Shown here piece by piece: positions 48,330 to 58,066 of a stretch of DNA of 64,000 nucleotides. The DNA comes from Methanomicrobiales archaeon (GTDB lineage: Archaea > Halobacteriota > Methanomicrobia > Methanomicrobiales > JACTUA01): positions 22,536 to 86,535 of the forward strand of contig JASEFH010000006.1 of the NCBI GenBank assembly GCA_030019205.1. Reading direction: 5' to 3'. Numbering within the stretch: position 1 is the stretch's first letter; the number at the start of each line of letters is the position of its first letter. A program made the translations under genes and the position numbers. The notes below the pieces were generated by a model. That model was not told where the DNA came from, made no database searches, and saw only the letters and a program-made list of their open reading frames with translations.

Positions 48330-49052
48330 GAATGCACCTTTCTATTTCGGAGTGGTTCCGGGCGGGATCGCAGGATGAGGACCTGCCCGACCGCGGAAGT
48401 ATCGATGCCATATAATTTGGGCCGACGTGTTATATAAAACCTCCCGGAACCGACCGCCCCCCCGCATTCGCGCACCCGGCTGCCACTGCGATCGGGGGAG
48501 CGGGGGGCGATTTCGATCGCGTCCCCCTCGCCGCCCGGGAGATCCTGACGCACTCGGGAGAATCCCCTGCACCGATGGGACGGAATCGGGAAGCGGAGCG
48601 CCCCCATCGCCTGATCCCGCCTCTGCACGGGATACCCCCGCTGGGATGCGGAATCCCCGGGATTCCGGGAAGATACAGGCTCGATCTGCGCGGGATCCAC
48701 GATCCGAACGCCCGGGCCCCGCACAGCGATCGCGCCCGACTCCGGGATGCTGCGGGGAGCCCGTCCGTAGGAGTCCCGGGAGAACCCCCCGGTCCCCCTC
48801 GCGTCTGCAGGCCGTGCGCTGATGCCTCCACCGGATCCCTCCGGGTGCGGCTGGTCAGGACGACGGATCCCCCTTCCCCCGGATACACGGCCCGGATCCG
48901 CCCGCGGGGCAACGGGGGATCGGGCGGGATCCGCCCGATCGCCACGGGGATCGACCGGGAAAGAGACTCTGGTGAGGGATCTGGCGGGATCGAGACAGAT
49001 CCCCGGCCTGCACCCTCCAGGCCGGACACCTGTATCGGAGGGAGCGTGCTCC

Positions 49053-49769
49053 CTACCGCCGCCCGATGGGCATGACGTACAGCGGATTCTCGCCCTCTTC
49101 CATCCGCAGCAGGCGCACGACCTCCCCGTCAAAGAACGCACCGATCGTCACGGTCCCGATACCGAGCGATTCGGCCTGGAGGTAGACGTTCTCCGCCGCA
49201 TGCCCCGCCTCCATATGCACGTACCGGATGCCCCGCTCGCCGTACTTGACCGTCGTCCGATCGTAGACACCGGAGAGGACGATCGCTGCGGGGGCATCCC
49301 GCACCGCCTCCTGACTGACCGACGCCCGGTAGAGCTCCTCCCTCCGATCGCCGTCCGCCACCATCTCCAGGGCGTGCTCCTGCGGGCGGTAGCGGTAGAT
49401 ACCGTCGGGCAGACCCTGCACATCTCCCGCCACCAGGTACGTCTCCAGGGGGTAGAGAGCTCCTGCCGACGGGGCGGTGCGGCGCCCGAGCGCCGGATCC
49501 GTGACTCCCTGCGCCGCCCAGAGGAGCTGGGCCACCTCTCCGAGGGTCAGCGGTTCCTCCCGGTACGACCGCACGGATCGCCTCCGGTACAGCGCCTCCT
49601 CCACGGATGTTCCGCTATCGCGCACCGGATCGGGAAGGGCGAGGACGCCGGTCCGGAGTGCAGCCGGGGACGGAGGTCCCGCATCGGGCTGCAGGGCGAG
49701 GAGAATCCCGACCGCAATCCCGACAGCGGCAAGTGCCGCCGCAACGGTTACGAGGGTATTCCTGTTCAT
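49053..49769 (-). CDS. Nitroreductase-family (SagB-type) protein with N-terminal TM anchor
   Basis: ORF 49053..50327 trimmed to ATG 49769: MNRNTLVTVAAALAAVGIAVGILLAL... RRRSVRSYREEPLTL ... RTAPSAGALYPLE ... HMEAGHAAENVYLQA. Confidence 0.8.
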   Translation of the reverse strand: MNRNTLVTVAAALAAVGIAVGILLALQPDAGPPSPAALRTGVLALPDPVRDSGTSVEEALYRRRSVRSYREEPLTLGEVAQLLWAAQGVTDPALGRRTAPSAGALYPLETYLVAGDVQGLPDGIYRYRPQEHALEMVADGDRREELYRASVSQEAVRDAPAAIVLSGVYDRTTVKYGERGIRYVHMEAGHAAENVYLQAESLGIGTVTIGAFFDGEVVRLLRMEEGENPLYVMPIGRR

Positions 49770-49960
49770 GGGAACCGCCACCCTCTTCCGCTCTCCATCC
49801 CTATAAGAGGACCCGTCCCGCAGGTCAGCTCCGCAATGCGCGGCCGCCATCCGCCGCGGAGACCGCGAGGGCCGTTCGCCGCCGCTCCCGGGGGAGAAGG
49901 GCCGCCCCCCGGATCCGACCGCAATCCGTCGGGAAAGAAGGGAAAGGATGCCCCGCAGCC

Positions 49961-50608
49961 CTACGACAGGATGGCGTCCATCAGGGGGATGACGCCCTCC
50001 CCGCTCTTCAGGTTGGTGCGGAAGACCTGGATCGCCGGATTGTAGCGGCGCATATCCCCCTCCATCCGATCGAGGCTGGCGCCCACCAGGGGGGCCAGAT
50101 CGATCTTGTTGATCACCCCGATGGCGCAGTCCCGGAACATCATCGGATGTTTGTTCACCACATCGTCCCCCTCCGTCGAACTGACCACCACGATCCGCTT
50201 CTCCGCACCCAGCTTGAAGTCGGTGGGGCAGATCATGTTGCCCACGTTCTCGATGAAGAGGATGTCGATCTCCGGCAGCGGCAGATCCGCGAGGGCATGC
50301 TCCACGATATGCGCATCCAGGTGGCACTCCCTGCCGGTGTTCGCATTCACGGCCGGGATGCCGAGCGATCGCAGCCGCTGAAAATCGTCGTCGCCGTAGA
50401 CGTCGCCGGCAATCGCACCCGCCCGAAGCCCCCGGGCCCGGAGCAGGGGAAAGAGCCTCTCGATGAGCGCGGTCTTCCCGGAGCCGATCGCCCCCAGCAG
50501 ATCGAACGCCCGCACGCCGTGGCTCTTTAACAGATCGGCGTTCGCCCGGGCGATCCGGTTATTGACCTCGTAGATATCCTTCTCGATCCGCACATCGACG
50601 TGGTGCAT
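49961..50608 (-). CDS. hypB: Hydrogenase nickel-incorporation GTPase HypB
   Basis: GAIGSGKTALIERL (P-loop), ECHLDAH, FIENVGNMICP, INKIDL. Confidence 0.93.
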   Translation of the reverse strand: MHHVDVRIEKDIYEVNNRIARANADLLKSHGVRAFDLLGAIGSGKTALIERLFPLLRARGLRAGAIAGDVYGDDDFQRLRSLGIPAVNANTGRECHLDAHIVEHALADLPLPEIDILFIENVGNMICPTDFKLGAEKRIVVVSSTEGDDVVNKHPMMFRDCAIGVINKIDLAPLVGASLDRMEGDMRRYNPAIQVFRTNLKSGEGVIPLMDAILS

Positions 50609-50663
50609 ACTGTACTATTTCGCATGAATCGGTTTATAGGTTCACCGCACCCAGAGTACAGCA

Positions 50664-50948
50664 ATGAAGGAGGATATGCGCGGGGAGCGCATCCTGTATC
50701 CCTGCTACTTCGACAGTGCGCTCGCGCGCTCGGAGGGGAGGCGGGTGCCCCGCTCCCTGGGCGTGAAGAGTCCGACGCTCGTGGATCTCGAGAAGGCTGC
50801 GAAGAAGTGCCGCCTGCAGTACCGGATCGAGCAGAAACCGCACCCCGCCCACTGGACCCGCCGCGAAGGGCGGCTGGTCGTCGTCTGGAGCGAGGGGAAG
50901 GAGGCGCTGATCCGGAGAATCGCCCGCTGCATCGAGGGGAAGCGATGA
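50664..50948 (+). CDS. srp19: Signal recognition particle protein SRP19
   Basis: RILYPCYFDSALARSEGRRVPRSLGV is the SRP19 hallmark. A TATA-like gtttatagg lies ~25-33 nt upstream. Confidence 0.9.
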   Translation: MKEDMRGERILYPCYFDSALARSEGRRVPRSLGVKSPTLVDLEKAAKKCRLQYRIEQKPHPAHWTRREGRLVVVWSEGKEALIRRIARCIEGKR

Positions 50949-51604
50949 GCGGCCAGTACGACCTCCATACGCACACCACCCTCTCCGACGGCGAGATGCT
51001 CCCGATCGAGCTCGTCCGCCGCGCCTCCGTCCTCGGCCACACGACCCTCGCCATCACCGACCACGTGGACACCTCCAACCTCTCCGCGGTGATCCGGGCG
51101 CTGTCCGAGGTGCGTGAGCTCGCGGCCGGATGCGGGGTGCGGCTCCTGACCGGTGTGGAGATCACCCACGTCCCGCCGCCCTTCATCCCGGTCCTGGCGC
51201 GGCGCGCCAGAGCCGAGGGTGCCGACCTGGTGGTGGTGCACGGGGAGACCCTGGTGGAGCCCGTGGCCCCGGGAACCAACCGTGCGGCGTGCAGCACGCC
51301 GTACGTCGACATTCTGGCGCACCCCGGGCTGATCACGGCGGACGACGCGCTCCTCGCCGCCGAACACCGCGTCGCCCTGGAGATCACGTCCCGCGGGGGG
51401 CATAACCGCGCCAACGGACACGTGGTCCGCATGGCCCGCGAGGCGGGCTGCACGCTCGTGGTGAACTCCGATACGCATGCCCCCTCGGATCTCCTGGACG
51501 AGCGCGCGCGAAAGGGGGTGGCGATGGGTGCCGGGATGACGGATTCGGAGGTGCGCAGCGCGCTATCTTTAAATATCGATAGGCTCCTCGAAACGCGAGA
51601 CTAA
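50945..51604 (+). CDS. PHP-domain metal-dependent phosphoesterase
   Basis: ATGA overlap with the srp19 stop. MSGQYDLHTHTTLSDGEMLP...LAITDH...NSDTHAP are PHP metal-ligand motifs. Confidence 0.8.
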   Translation: MSGQYDLHTHTTLSDGEMLPIELVRRASVLGHTTLAITDHVDTSNLSAVIRALSEVRELAAGCGVRLLTGVEITHVPPPFIPVLARRARAEGADLVVVHGETLVEPVAPGTNRAACSTPYVDILAHPGLITADDALLAAEHRVALEITSRGGHNRANGHVVRMAREAGCTLVVNSDTHAPSDLLDERARKGVAMGAGMTDSEVRSALSLNIDRLLETRD

Positions 51605-51692
51605 TATTTATAATTTGACGATATATTTTTATACTAGAAAAGTTCATATATAAATATCGTTTCAAACGGCAGACTTCTCGAGAGGTTATGCG

Positions 51693-51917
51693 GTGAGACT
51701 TGTTGGTCGCGTTCTGAGTTCATGTGGAAACCGCACGATACTCGTACGCCTCAGCGCTGCGCAACTGCCCCGCCTTTACAGCGAAGTGATCGACAGACGC
51801 ATGAAACCCGTGGGAAGGCTGGTGGATGTATTCGGAAACATCTCTGCCCCGTATGCTGCGATAAAGTGCTACAAACCGTGCAGTGTGCCGGTCGGTGAGA
51901 AGTTGTTTGCAAAATAG
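51693..51917 (+). CDS. gar1: H/ACA RNP component Gar1
   Basis: 74 aa with a GTG start. The sequence is LVGRVLSSCGNRTILVRL...SEVIDRRMKPVGRLVDVFGNISAPYAAIK. It sits in the conserved position immediately upstream of tfb. Confidence 0.8.
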   Translation: MRLVGRVLSSCGNRTILVRLSAAQLPRLYSEVIDRRMKPVGRLVDVFGNISAPYAAIKCYKPCSVPVGEKLFAK

Positions 51918-51920
51918 CTG

Positions 51921-52937
51921 GTGAATACGATGCAAGAAATGGAGAAAGTCAAGATCCTGCAGAGCGAGCGGGAAGCCCTCCGCAAACGCCAGAAGCAGGC
52001 AAAAGAGGTTGAGAGAAAGAGCGAGGAGTTCGGCGAGACCGTATGCCCCGAGTGCGGCAGTCGCCAGCTCGTGCAGGACTACGAACGCGCGGAGCTCGTC
52101 TGCCAGAACTGCGGTCTCGTGATCGATCAGGACTTCATCGACCGCGGTCCCGAGTGGCGCGCCTTCGATCACGACCAGAGGATCAAGCGATCCCGTGTCG
52201 GTGCGCCGATGACCTTCACCATCCACGACAAGGGTCTCTCCACCATGATCGACTGGCGGAACCGGGACTCCTACGGACGGGCGATCAGCAGCAAGAACCG
52301 TGCGCAGCTCTACCGCCTGCGGAAGTGGCAGCGGCGGATCCGGGTCTCCAACGCAACGGAGCGGAACCTGGCGTTCGCCCTCTCCGAACTGGACCGGATG
52401 GCATCCGCCCTCGGTCTGCCCCGGAACGTCCGCGAGACCGCTGCCGTCATCTACCGGGATGCGGTGGACAAGAACCTGATCCGCGGAAGGAGCATCGAGG
52501 GCGTGGCGGCAGCCGCCCTGTACGCCGCCTGCCGGCAGTGCAGCGTGCCCCGCACCCTGGACGAGATCGCCGAGGTCTCGCGGGTGTCGAGAAAGGAGAT
52601 CGGCCGCACCTACCGCTTCATCTCCCGCGAGCTGGGGCTGAAGCTCCTGCCGACGTCCCCGATCGACTACGTGCCGCGCTTCTGCTCCGGGCTCGGGCTG
52701 AAGGGGGAGGTGCAGAGCCGGGCCGTGGAGATCCTGCGCCAGGCCGGCGAGCGCGAGCTGACCAGCGGGCGCGGGCCGACCGGCGTCGCCGCCGCGGCGA
52801 TCTACATCTCCTCCATCCTGGGCGGGGAGCGGCGCACCCAGCGCGAGGTCGCCGAGGTCGCCGGCGTGACCGAGGTCACGATCCGGAACCGCTACAAGGA
52901 GCTCGCAGAGAAGCTCGACATCGAGATCATTCTCTGA
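51921..52937 (+). CDS. tfb: Transcription initiation factor TFB (TFIIB)
   Basis: Zn ribbon [28 protein letters not shown]-finger/linker region and two cyclin-fold repeats. The start is GTG 51921 or ATG 51930. Confidence 0.95.
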   Translation: MNTMQEMEKVKILQSEREALRKRQKQAKEVERKSEEFGETVCPECGSRQLVQDYERAELVCQNCGLVIDQDFIDRGPEWRAFDHDQRIKRSRVGAPMTFTIHDKGLSTMIDWRNRDSYGRAISSKNRAQLYRLRKWQRRIRVSNATERNLAFALSELDRMASALGLPRNVRETAAVIYRDAVDKNLIRGRSIEGVAAAALYAACRQCSVPRTLDEIAEVSRVSRKEIGRTYRFISRELGLKLLPTSPIDYVPRFCSGLGLKGEVQSRAVEILRQAGERELTSGRGPTGVAAAAIYISSILGGERRTQREVAEVAGVTEVTIRNRYKELAEKLDIEIIL

Positions 52938-52940
52938 AGT

Positions 52941-52952
52941 TATTCTTTTTAG
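52941..52952 (+). terminator. Oligo-T tract downstream of tfb
   Basis: ttattcttttta lies immediately after the TGA at 52935-52937. Archaeal terminators are typically T-tracts. Confidence 0.35.
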
Positions 52953-53039
52953 CGAAATTTTGCATTTCCTGCTGTCTAAGGCCCGCGGATCCTGGAATGC
53001 CGCGCTTTTAAGAAGAGAGAAGCCTTTACTGAGTAACCG

Positions 53040-53597
53040 ATGGCAGGGAAGCACAGAGTATTTCCGGCTGCACGCGCCGGCAGGCTTATGGGCCGATTCC
53101 GAAGCCTTGTCAACCCTCCGGTGCGCCTGCTCGGTCGTTTCATCCAGAAGGGCGACACCGTTCTGGATCTGGGCTGTGGCCCCGGATATTTCTCCCTCCC
53201 GATAGCCCGGTTGGTCGGGGCGGGCGGAATGGTCATCGCTGCCGATGTGCAGGAGGAGATGCTGGAACACCTTCGTAGAGCCGCAGAAGAGGAGGGGCTT
53301 TTGTCCCGCATGCGGTTGCACAGGACCAGGAGCGATTCCCTGGATCTGGAGATGCCGCCCATCGTCTCATTCACCCTGGCTTTCCACGTCCTGCACGAGA
53401 CCGGCGATATCGAGAGGATGCTTTCAGAAATCTTTCGTATCACGCGTCCCGGCGGTCTTCTTCTCATCGCGGAGCCATATTTCCCTGTAGGCGCCAACGA
53501 GTTCGACGAGACGGTCAGTGCCGCGATGCGCGCGGGTTTCACGGGCCTTGAATCCCCGCCCATTCTGTTCAGCAGGGCTGCACTCCTGCGAAAATGA
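53040..53597 (+). CDS. Class I SAM-dependent methyltransferase
   Basis: VLDLGCGPGYFSLPIA (motif I), VIAADV, and ITRPGGLLLIAEP. Confidence 0.85.
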   Translation: MAGKHRVFPAARAGRLMGRFRSLVNPPVRLLGRFIQKGDTVLDLGCGPGYFSLPIARLVGAGGMVIAADVQEEMLEHLRRAAEEEGLLSRMRLHRTRSDSLDLEMPPIVSFTLAFHVLHETGDIERMLSEIFRITRPGGLLLIAEPYFPVGANEFDETVSAAMRAGFTGLESPPILFSRAALLRK

Positions 53598-53772
53598 GAG
53601 ACCGTGATTGGCGATCCTTCGTTCAACCGGCTGCTGAGGGGACAGGATGAAGGATCAGTAACAACTATATCTCCTTGGCTGAAACTTAGTATGCTGCATC
53701 CGGGCTGTTAGACCCCGGGGCGGACGCGCTCGCCGGGCCGCATCCATCGGGAGCGAGAGGATAAGTTCGCGT

Positions 53773-53844
53773 GGGCCGATAGTCCAGTGGTAGAACGTTC
53801 GGTTCGCATCCGAAAGGCCGCGGGTTCAATTCCCGCTCGGTCCA
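53773..53844 (+). tRNA. tRNA-Ala (CGC)
   Basis: Folded by hand. The acceptor gggccga pairs with tcggtcc and contains the G3:U70 alanine identity pair. The anticodon stem is ttcgg/ccgaa with loop TTCGCAT (anticodon CGC). The T-loop is ggttcaattcc. Confidence 0.88.
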
Positions 53845-54448
53845 CTTCTTGTTGCACGGTTTCGGATCGGGAGCTTCCGCTGCCGGCAGTGCCCGGGGAG
53901 CGGCGGCTCTTGGGGAATCCCCCGGACGATCCGAACAGCCCTCCGCCTCGCCCATGAGCGGACACCAAGCGGTTCGGTCGTGCACCCCGGCGTGCCGCGC
54001 TGACCGGGCCGATCTCGCCGCCCGCCCGGCACGCTGCCCGCGCCTCCGCGCACATTCTCCCCCGTGAGCCGGCTTCGGATGCCGCCAGAAGGGGATCGAG
54101 ATCCGCGCCGTGCGCGATGCGGCATCCCGGGACGGGATCGGGAGGGCTCCGCAATCCACCGATAGCCCGCCCGGGTGCCGTTCACCCCGGGGCGGGCTCG
54201 CATTCTCCCGAGATGCGCCGTCGGAAGCGTGGTGACAGGAACCGGCGCCCCTTGAGGAGGGTGCGGGGCGGACCATGCCTGCCGCACCATGGATCCCCCC
54301 GTCGAACCTGAAGAGAGCGAACGGATGAGGTTTCCGTCGAATCCGCCATCCCGCATCTGCGGGATCCCGGGCGGGCAGCTGCACGGAATCTCGCCGCCCG
54401 GGCATCAGCGGGCGCAGAAAGGTGCAGAAGCAGGGCAGAGGAGCGGCC

Positions 54449-56476
54449 TTACTTCTTTCTCACCTTGATATAGGCTTTTCTTACCTCTGTGCTGGTGCCG
54501 GAGTCCGACTGCGGGTCGCTGCCAGGGCGGGCGGCCAGCACGTCGCTGTTCACGGTCAGCCTCACCGTATAGGACCCCGGTGCGGTGTACGTGTGCACGG
54601 GATTCTGCTCCGTCGATGTCCCGCCGTCGCCGAACTCCCAGAACCAGGAGGTGGGCGAGCCTGTCGATTCGTCGATGAACTGAACCGTCAGCGGACCCGC
54701 GCCTGTGGATGGGGATGCGCTGAATCCCGCGTCCAGTGCTGCGGGCGTGGGCTCAGGCGTGGGCTGCGGAGTCGGAGCCGGCGTGGGGGTGGGTGTCGGG
54801 GTCGGTGCGGGTGTCGGCGTCGGTGCGGGTGTCGGGGTCGGAGAGGGAGTCGGGGTCGGTGCGGGCGTGGGAGTGGGGGTGGGTGTCGGGGTCGGAGAGG
54901 GTGTCGGGGTCGGTGCGGGCGTGGGAGTGGGGGTGGGAGTGGGCGCAGGCAGCGGCGCCGCACTGCCATCGGCGGTGAAGGCCTTCAGGCAGACGTTGCT
55001 GTTGCTGTAGTAACTGGCGAGATCGCTCCAGGACGCACCGGTGCGGCTCACATAGCTCTCGCCTGCATGGGACGTTGCGCGGCTGGAGTATCCGCTGTAA
55101 GGGGATTCGAGGGGTATGGGGTAGTTGTAGCCGGGCGTCTGGAGCCCGACCACAACGGAGAACTTCTGGCCCGCCTTCACCGGGATCGCCTCGGGGAGAT
55201 CGATGGTGTGGTAGCCCGGGATGGGGATGGTGCCGCCGATGTCCACGGCAGGACCGGTTGCATTGATCGGGCCGGCCGTGGGGCTGACGTGCACGAGGAC
55301 CCGGTAGGCAGAGTCCACCTGAGGGGTATAGAAACCCACCGCGGCGATCTGCTCGTCGGCAGCAGCCGTGAATACGTTGGCAAAGTATGCCGTATCCGTG
55401 CCGTACCCCATGCTGGTGATCCATCCCAGGGGATCGTACTGGTAGACGGTGCCATACGTACCGGTATCCTCCCCGACGAAGACGGCATTGCTCTTCCCGA
55501 TCCGGGAGTCGTAGTAGGAGACGTAGAAGTAGCCGCCCGAGCCCCAGGCACTCCCCCAGCTGTTCTTCACGATGAAGGCCCCGTTGCCCGGCGCTGCCGG
55601 CGTGAAGCGGTTCCTGTCGAAGGTGTCGTCCCATCCCACGATGGCGACGGCATGGTTCGAGCCCGAGGTTCCGCTGTAGTAGTAGGCAGCCGCCGCGGGG
55701 TTGTAGTACGTGCTGCTCCAGTACAGAGTGGTGTAGACAGCGCCGTAGTTCTGGAGGGCGAGCTTGATGTTCTCGTTGTCCAGAGGCCCCCCGCGGGCGG
55801 GGATGTAGAAGACCTCGCGCACGTGCTTGACGGGGGGGATGCCGCTCGGAGAGGTGGTCGAGGTGGAGTAGGGATCGTCGGCCTCAAGGATGGGTCCGCT
55901 CCAGCGTGTCAGGTATGCGGCCGCCATCGCGGAGTTTCCGCCGGAGCAGGGTGCGATATCGAAGCCGTGCATGTTCTTGAGGTTGTTCTCCGAGAAGTCC
56001 CAGAGTTCCTGCGGCAGCAGGACGGACTCGAGCGACCCGTAGCTTGCAAACGCCCAGCAGCTCCCGCAGGAGCCCTGGTTCTTGACCGGGGAGACGCGGG
56101 AGAGTTCGCGTAGGTCGTAGGATGGCGGCGCCGCATCGACGATGATATAGCTGCTGTCGTCCTGCGTCGCAGCCGAACTCTCGAGGCTCTTCTTCAATCG
56201 CCCCGGCGGGATCTTCCTCCCCTCCGTGTGCGAGAGGTCCACGGGAGAGGGGACGTACCCCAGCGTCTGCTCAGCGGGTTGGAAGAGATCGGTTCGGATC
56301 AGCCCCCTGTCCTGCATGTACCGTGCGAACTCGGGATGGGGCTGCGCCTTCTGGACCTCTCCCATCTCACGGCCGTCAGCGACGGCGGATGCCGCAGCGC
56401 CAGCGGCGACAAAGAATGCCAGCAGCACTGCCATGACGACGGGACGAATCCGGATGATTGCCGAACGGGACGTCAT
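54449..56476 (-). CDS. Secreted papain-family (C1) cysteine protease with Pro/Thr linker and C-terminal PKD domain
   Basis: Signal/TM segment ([21 protein letters not shown]). The catalytic residues are Cys in [13 protein letters not shown] and His in [11 protein letters not shown], plus [10 protein letters not shown] ~70-aa (P/T/S/A) linker follows. The PKD domain reads [48 protein letters not shown]. An AGGAGG motif lies 13-18 nt upstream of the ATG. Confidence 0.9.
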   Translation of the reverse strand: MTSRSAIIRIRPVVMAVLLAFFVAAGAAASAVADGREMGEVQKAQPHPEFARYMQDRGLIRTDLFQPAEQTLGYVPSPVDLSHTEGRKIPPGRLKKSLESSAATQDDSSYIIVDAAPPSYDLRELSRVSPVKNQGSCGSCWAFASYGSLESVLLPQELWDFSENNLKNMHGFDIAPCSGGNSAMAAAYLTRWSGPILEADDPYSTSTTSPSGIPPVKHVREVFYIPARGGPLDNENIKLALQNYGAVYTTLYWSSTYYNPAAAAYYYSGTSGSNHAVAIVGWDDTFDRNRFTPAAPGNGAFIVKNSWGSAWGSGGYFYVSYYDSRIGKSNAVFVGEDTGTYGTVYQYDPLGWITSMGYGTDTAYFANVFTAAADEQIAAVGFYTPQVDSAYRVLVHVSPTAGPINATGPAVDIGGTIPIPGYHTIDLPEAIPVKAGQKFSVVVGLQTPGYNYPIPLESPYSGYSSRATSHAGESYVSRTGASWSDLASYYSNSNVCLKAFTADGSAAPLPAPTPTPTPTPAPTPTPSPTPTPTPTPTPAPTPTPSPTPTPAPTPTPAPTPTPTPTPAPTPQPTPEPTPAALDAGFSASPSTGAGPLTVQFIDESTGSPTSWFWEFGDGGTSTEQNPVHTYTAPGSYTVRLTVNSDVLAARPGSDPQSDSGTSTEVRKAYIKVRKK
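54827..54934. repeat. 54-bp tandem duplication inside the Pro/Thr-linker coding region
   Basis: 54827-54880 and 54881-54934 differ at a single position (53/54), read directly. The wider low-complexity PT-coding tract spans ~54741-54950. Confidence 0.9.
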
Positions 56477-56544
56477 AAATCGTTTGATTCCTCCTGGGAG
56501 ACGTATGATGGATCGAATCGCCGAACGAACAGGCAGAATCGTTC

Positions 56545-56710
56545 TAACCTTTCATTTAAAAATTTTGTATATAAAGATTTACTAAATAATAAAAAATTAT
56601 TATTTAGTCCAAAGAATGCATTAGATGATATTTAGATTATTTTTTTAGAATAAATAGAAATAATAAATTATAATCAAAAAGAAAATCATAAATAATAAAA
56701 TTGGAAAAAA
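56545..56710. other. AT-rich island 3 (upstream of the cysteine protease gene)
   Basis: ...ttcatttaaaaattttgtatataaagatttactaaataataaaaaattattatttag...aataaatagaaataataaattataatcaaaaagaaaatcataaataataaaattgg. I counted 10 G+C in 56581-56640. On the minus strand a TATA-like CTTTATATAC sits at 56567-56576. Confidence 0.85.
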
Positions 56711-56852
56711 GACCGGAAGGGGCTCCCGATGACCTCCGGAAGGAATTCCGCCGCACCCGGATGCCGCCGCTACCGCGTCAGGAAAGCATGCGTTCGAGCC
56801 TCCGGCATACCCGGAGAGGGGGGCTGTCCCCCCCCCGCTGCAGCGGAGAATG

Positions 56853-57005
56853 CTATAGCACCAACGATATAATCGCCAGGATGATGAATATGATGACGAG
56901 CCACTTCGCGATCGACCAGGACATTCCCGCAACGCCCCGTGCTCCGAGCACCGCGGCTATGATTGCCAGAATGAAGAACAGTATCGCCAGTTCGAGTAAG
57001 ACCAT
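56853..57005 (-). CDS. UPF0391/DUF1328 small membrane protein (50 aa; not in ORF track)
   Basis: My translation is [50 protein letters not shown]. That gives two TM helices around a GxxGxAG loop, typical of DUF1328. An alternative start is ATG 57020 (MGVRRM...). Confidence 0.7.
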   Translation of the reverse strand: MVLLELAILFFILAIIAAVLGARGVAGMSWSIAKWLVIIFIILAIISLVL

Positions 57006-57193
57006 CCTCCGTACCCCCATCGGTTCGTCCGACCGACAGGTATCCTGATCCCGTGTTGCTATTTATAGCTTATCCCGGTGGCGGACGCTTTCAGCCCGGA
57101 AGATCGGCAGAAAGGACCGTGCCGCATCCGTCGGGAACGATCGGCGGCATCCGGGGTTCGGGGCACGCCCGGCGCATGCCCGGGCGTCGGCAC

Positions 57194-58066
57194 TCACGCA
57201 GAGTCGGTCCAGCGGTGCTGGTACCCCCTCTTCTCGAGCGTGCGCCCACCGGCGCTCACGCCCGGCTCCGCTGCCACCGTACCGATGCAGTACTGCTCGA
57301 TGCCGGCGACCGGCATCCGCTCCGGCGGGATCGTGAAGAGCAGGTGGTAGTCACCGCCCCCGTAGAGGGCCAGATCCGTCGCCAGATCCCGAGGCACGCC
57401 CTCCGGCAGCGGCAGCCGCTCCAGATCGATCCGGTAGCCGCAGCCGTTCACCTCCATCAGATCGTAGAGAGAGAGCGCGAGACCATCGCTGATGTCCATC
57501 ATCGACGTGGCGCCCGCCCGTGCGATCGCCCTCCCCTCGGCGACCCGGGGCTGGGGCTCGAAGAGGGCGCGCTCGTGGCGGGTGTATCCCAGCAGCGCCG
57601 CTTCCGCCCTGCCGGGAACGCCGCTGATGCAGATCAGGTCCCCAACGCGCGAACCCCGCCGCCGGACCAGGTGGCGGGGCTCCACGATCCCCAGCCCGGC
57701 GGTCACGATCGTCAGCTCCGCATGGAAGTCGATGTCGCCGCCGACGATCGCGGCGCCGAACCGCTCGCAGCAGTCCCGCACCCCCTGCATGATCGGGCGT
57801 AGCCTCTCGGAGCGGTCCAGGCCGACCGCCGCGAGCAGGTAGCAGGGGCTCGCCCCCATGCTGGCGATGTCGCTGATGGTGACGGCCGCGGCCATCCAGC
57901 CCCGCTGCCAGTCCGTCATGCCGGCGGGGAAGTCCGTCGTCTCGTGCACCATGTCCGCGGTGGCGACCATGCAGACATCCCCGCAGGGGAGGACCGCGCA
58001 GTCGTCCTCGGTATGCTCGATCCCGACGACATCCCGGATCGACGCCAGCAGCGTGCGGTCATCCAC
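57194..58066 (-). CDS. thiL: Thiamine-monophosphate kinase ThiL
   Basis: ORF 57194..58237 trimmed to GTG 58066 (VDDRTLLASIRDVVGIEHTEDDCAVL...VATADMVHETTDFP...GGDYHLLFT). Overlaps the upstream gene end by 8 nt. Confidence 0.85.
   Translation of the reverse strand: MDDRTLLASIRDVVGIEHTEDDCAVLPCGDVCMVATADMVHETTDFPAGMTDWQRGWMAAAVTISDIASMGASPCYLLAAVGLDRSERLRPIMQGVRDCCERFGAAIVGGDIDFHAELTIVTAGLGIVEPRHLVRRRGSRVGDLICISGVPGRAEAALLGYTRHERALFEPQPRVAEGRAIARAGATSMMDISDGLALSLYDLMEVNGCGYRIDLERLPLPEGVPRDLATDLALYGGGDYHLLFTIPPERMPVAGIEQYCIGTVAAEPGVSAGGRTLEKRGYQHRWTDSA

Noticed and set aside
48693-48932. Apparent clustering of GGATCC sites (five in 240 bp)
   Set aside because: GGATCC-containing words are common throughout this GC-rich sequence, including in coding regions. 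Without a computed background frequency this is not evidence of anything.
48330-49052. SRP RNA or RNase P RNA hidden in the GC-rich spacer near srp19/S8e
   Set aside because: I looked for helix-8-like CCAGGCCCGGAAGGGAGCA and for GAGGAAAGUCC-type CR-I motifs. I found only a loose resemblance (ccaggccggacacc...ggagggagcg at ~49017-49045), which is not enough to call an RNA gene.
54688-55010. GVGVGAGVG / PRHPP-type ORFs and possible CRISPR-like periodicity in the G-rich tract
   Set aside because: These are alternative-frame or opposite-strand readings of the Pro/Thr-linker coding repeat. There is no repeat-spacer structure, and the units are contiguous and in-frame within the protease gene.
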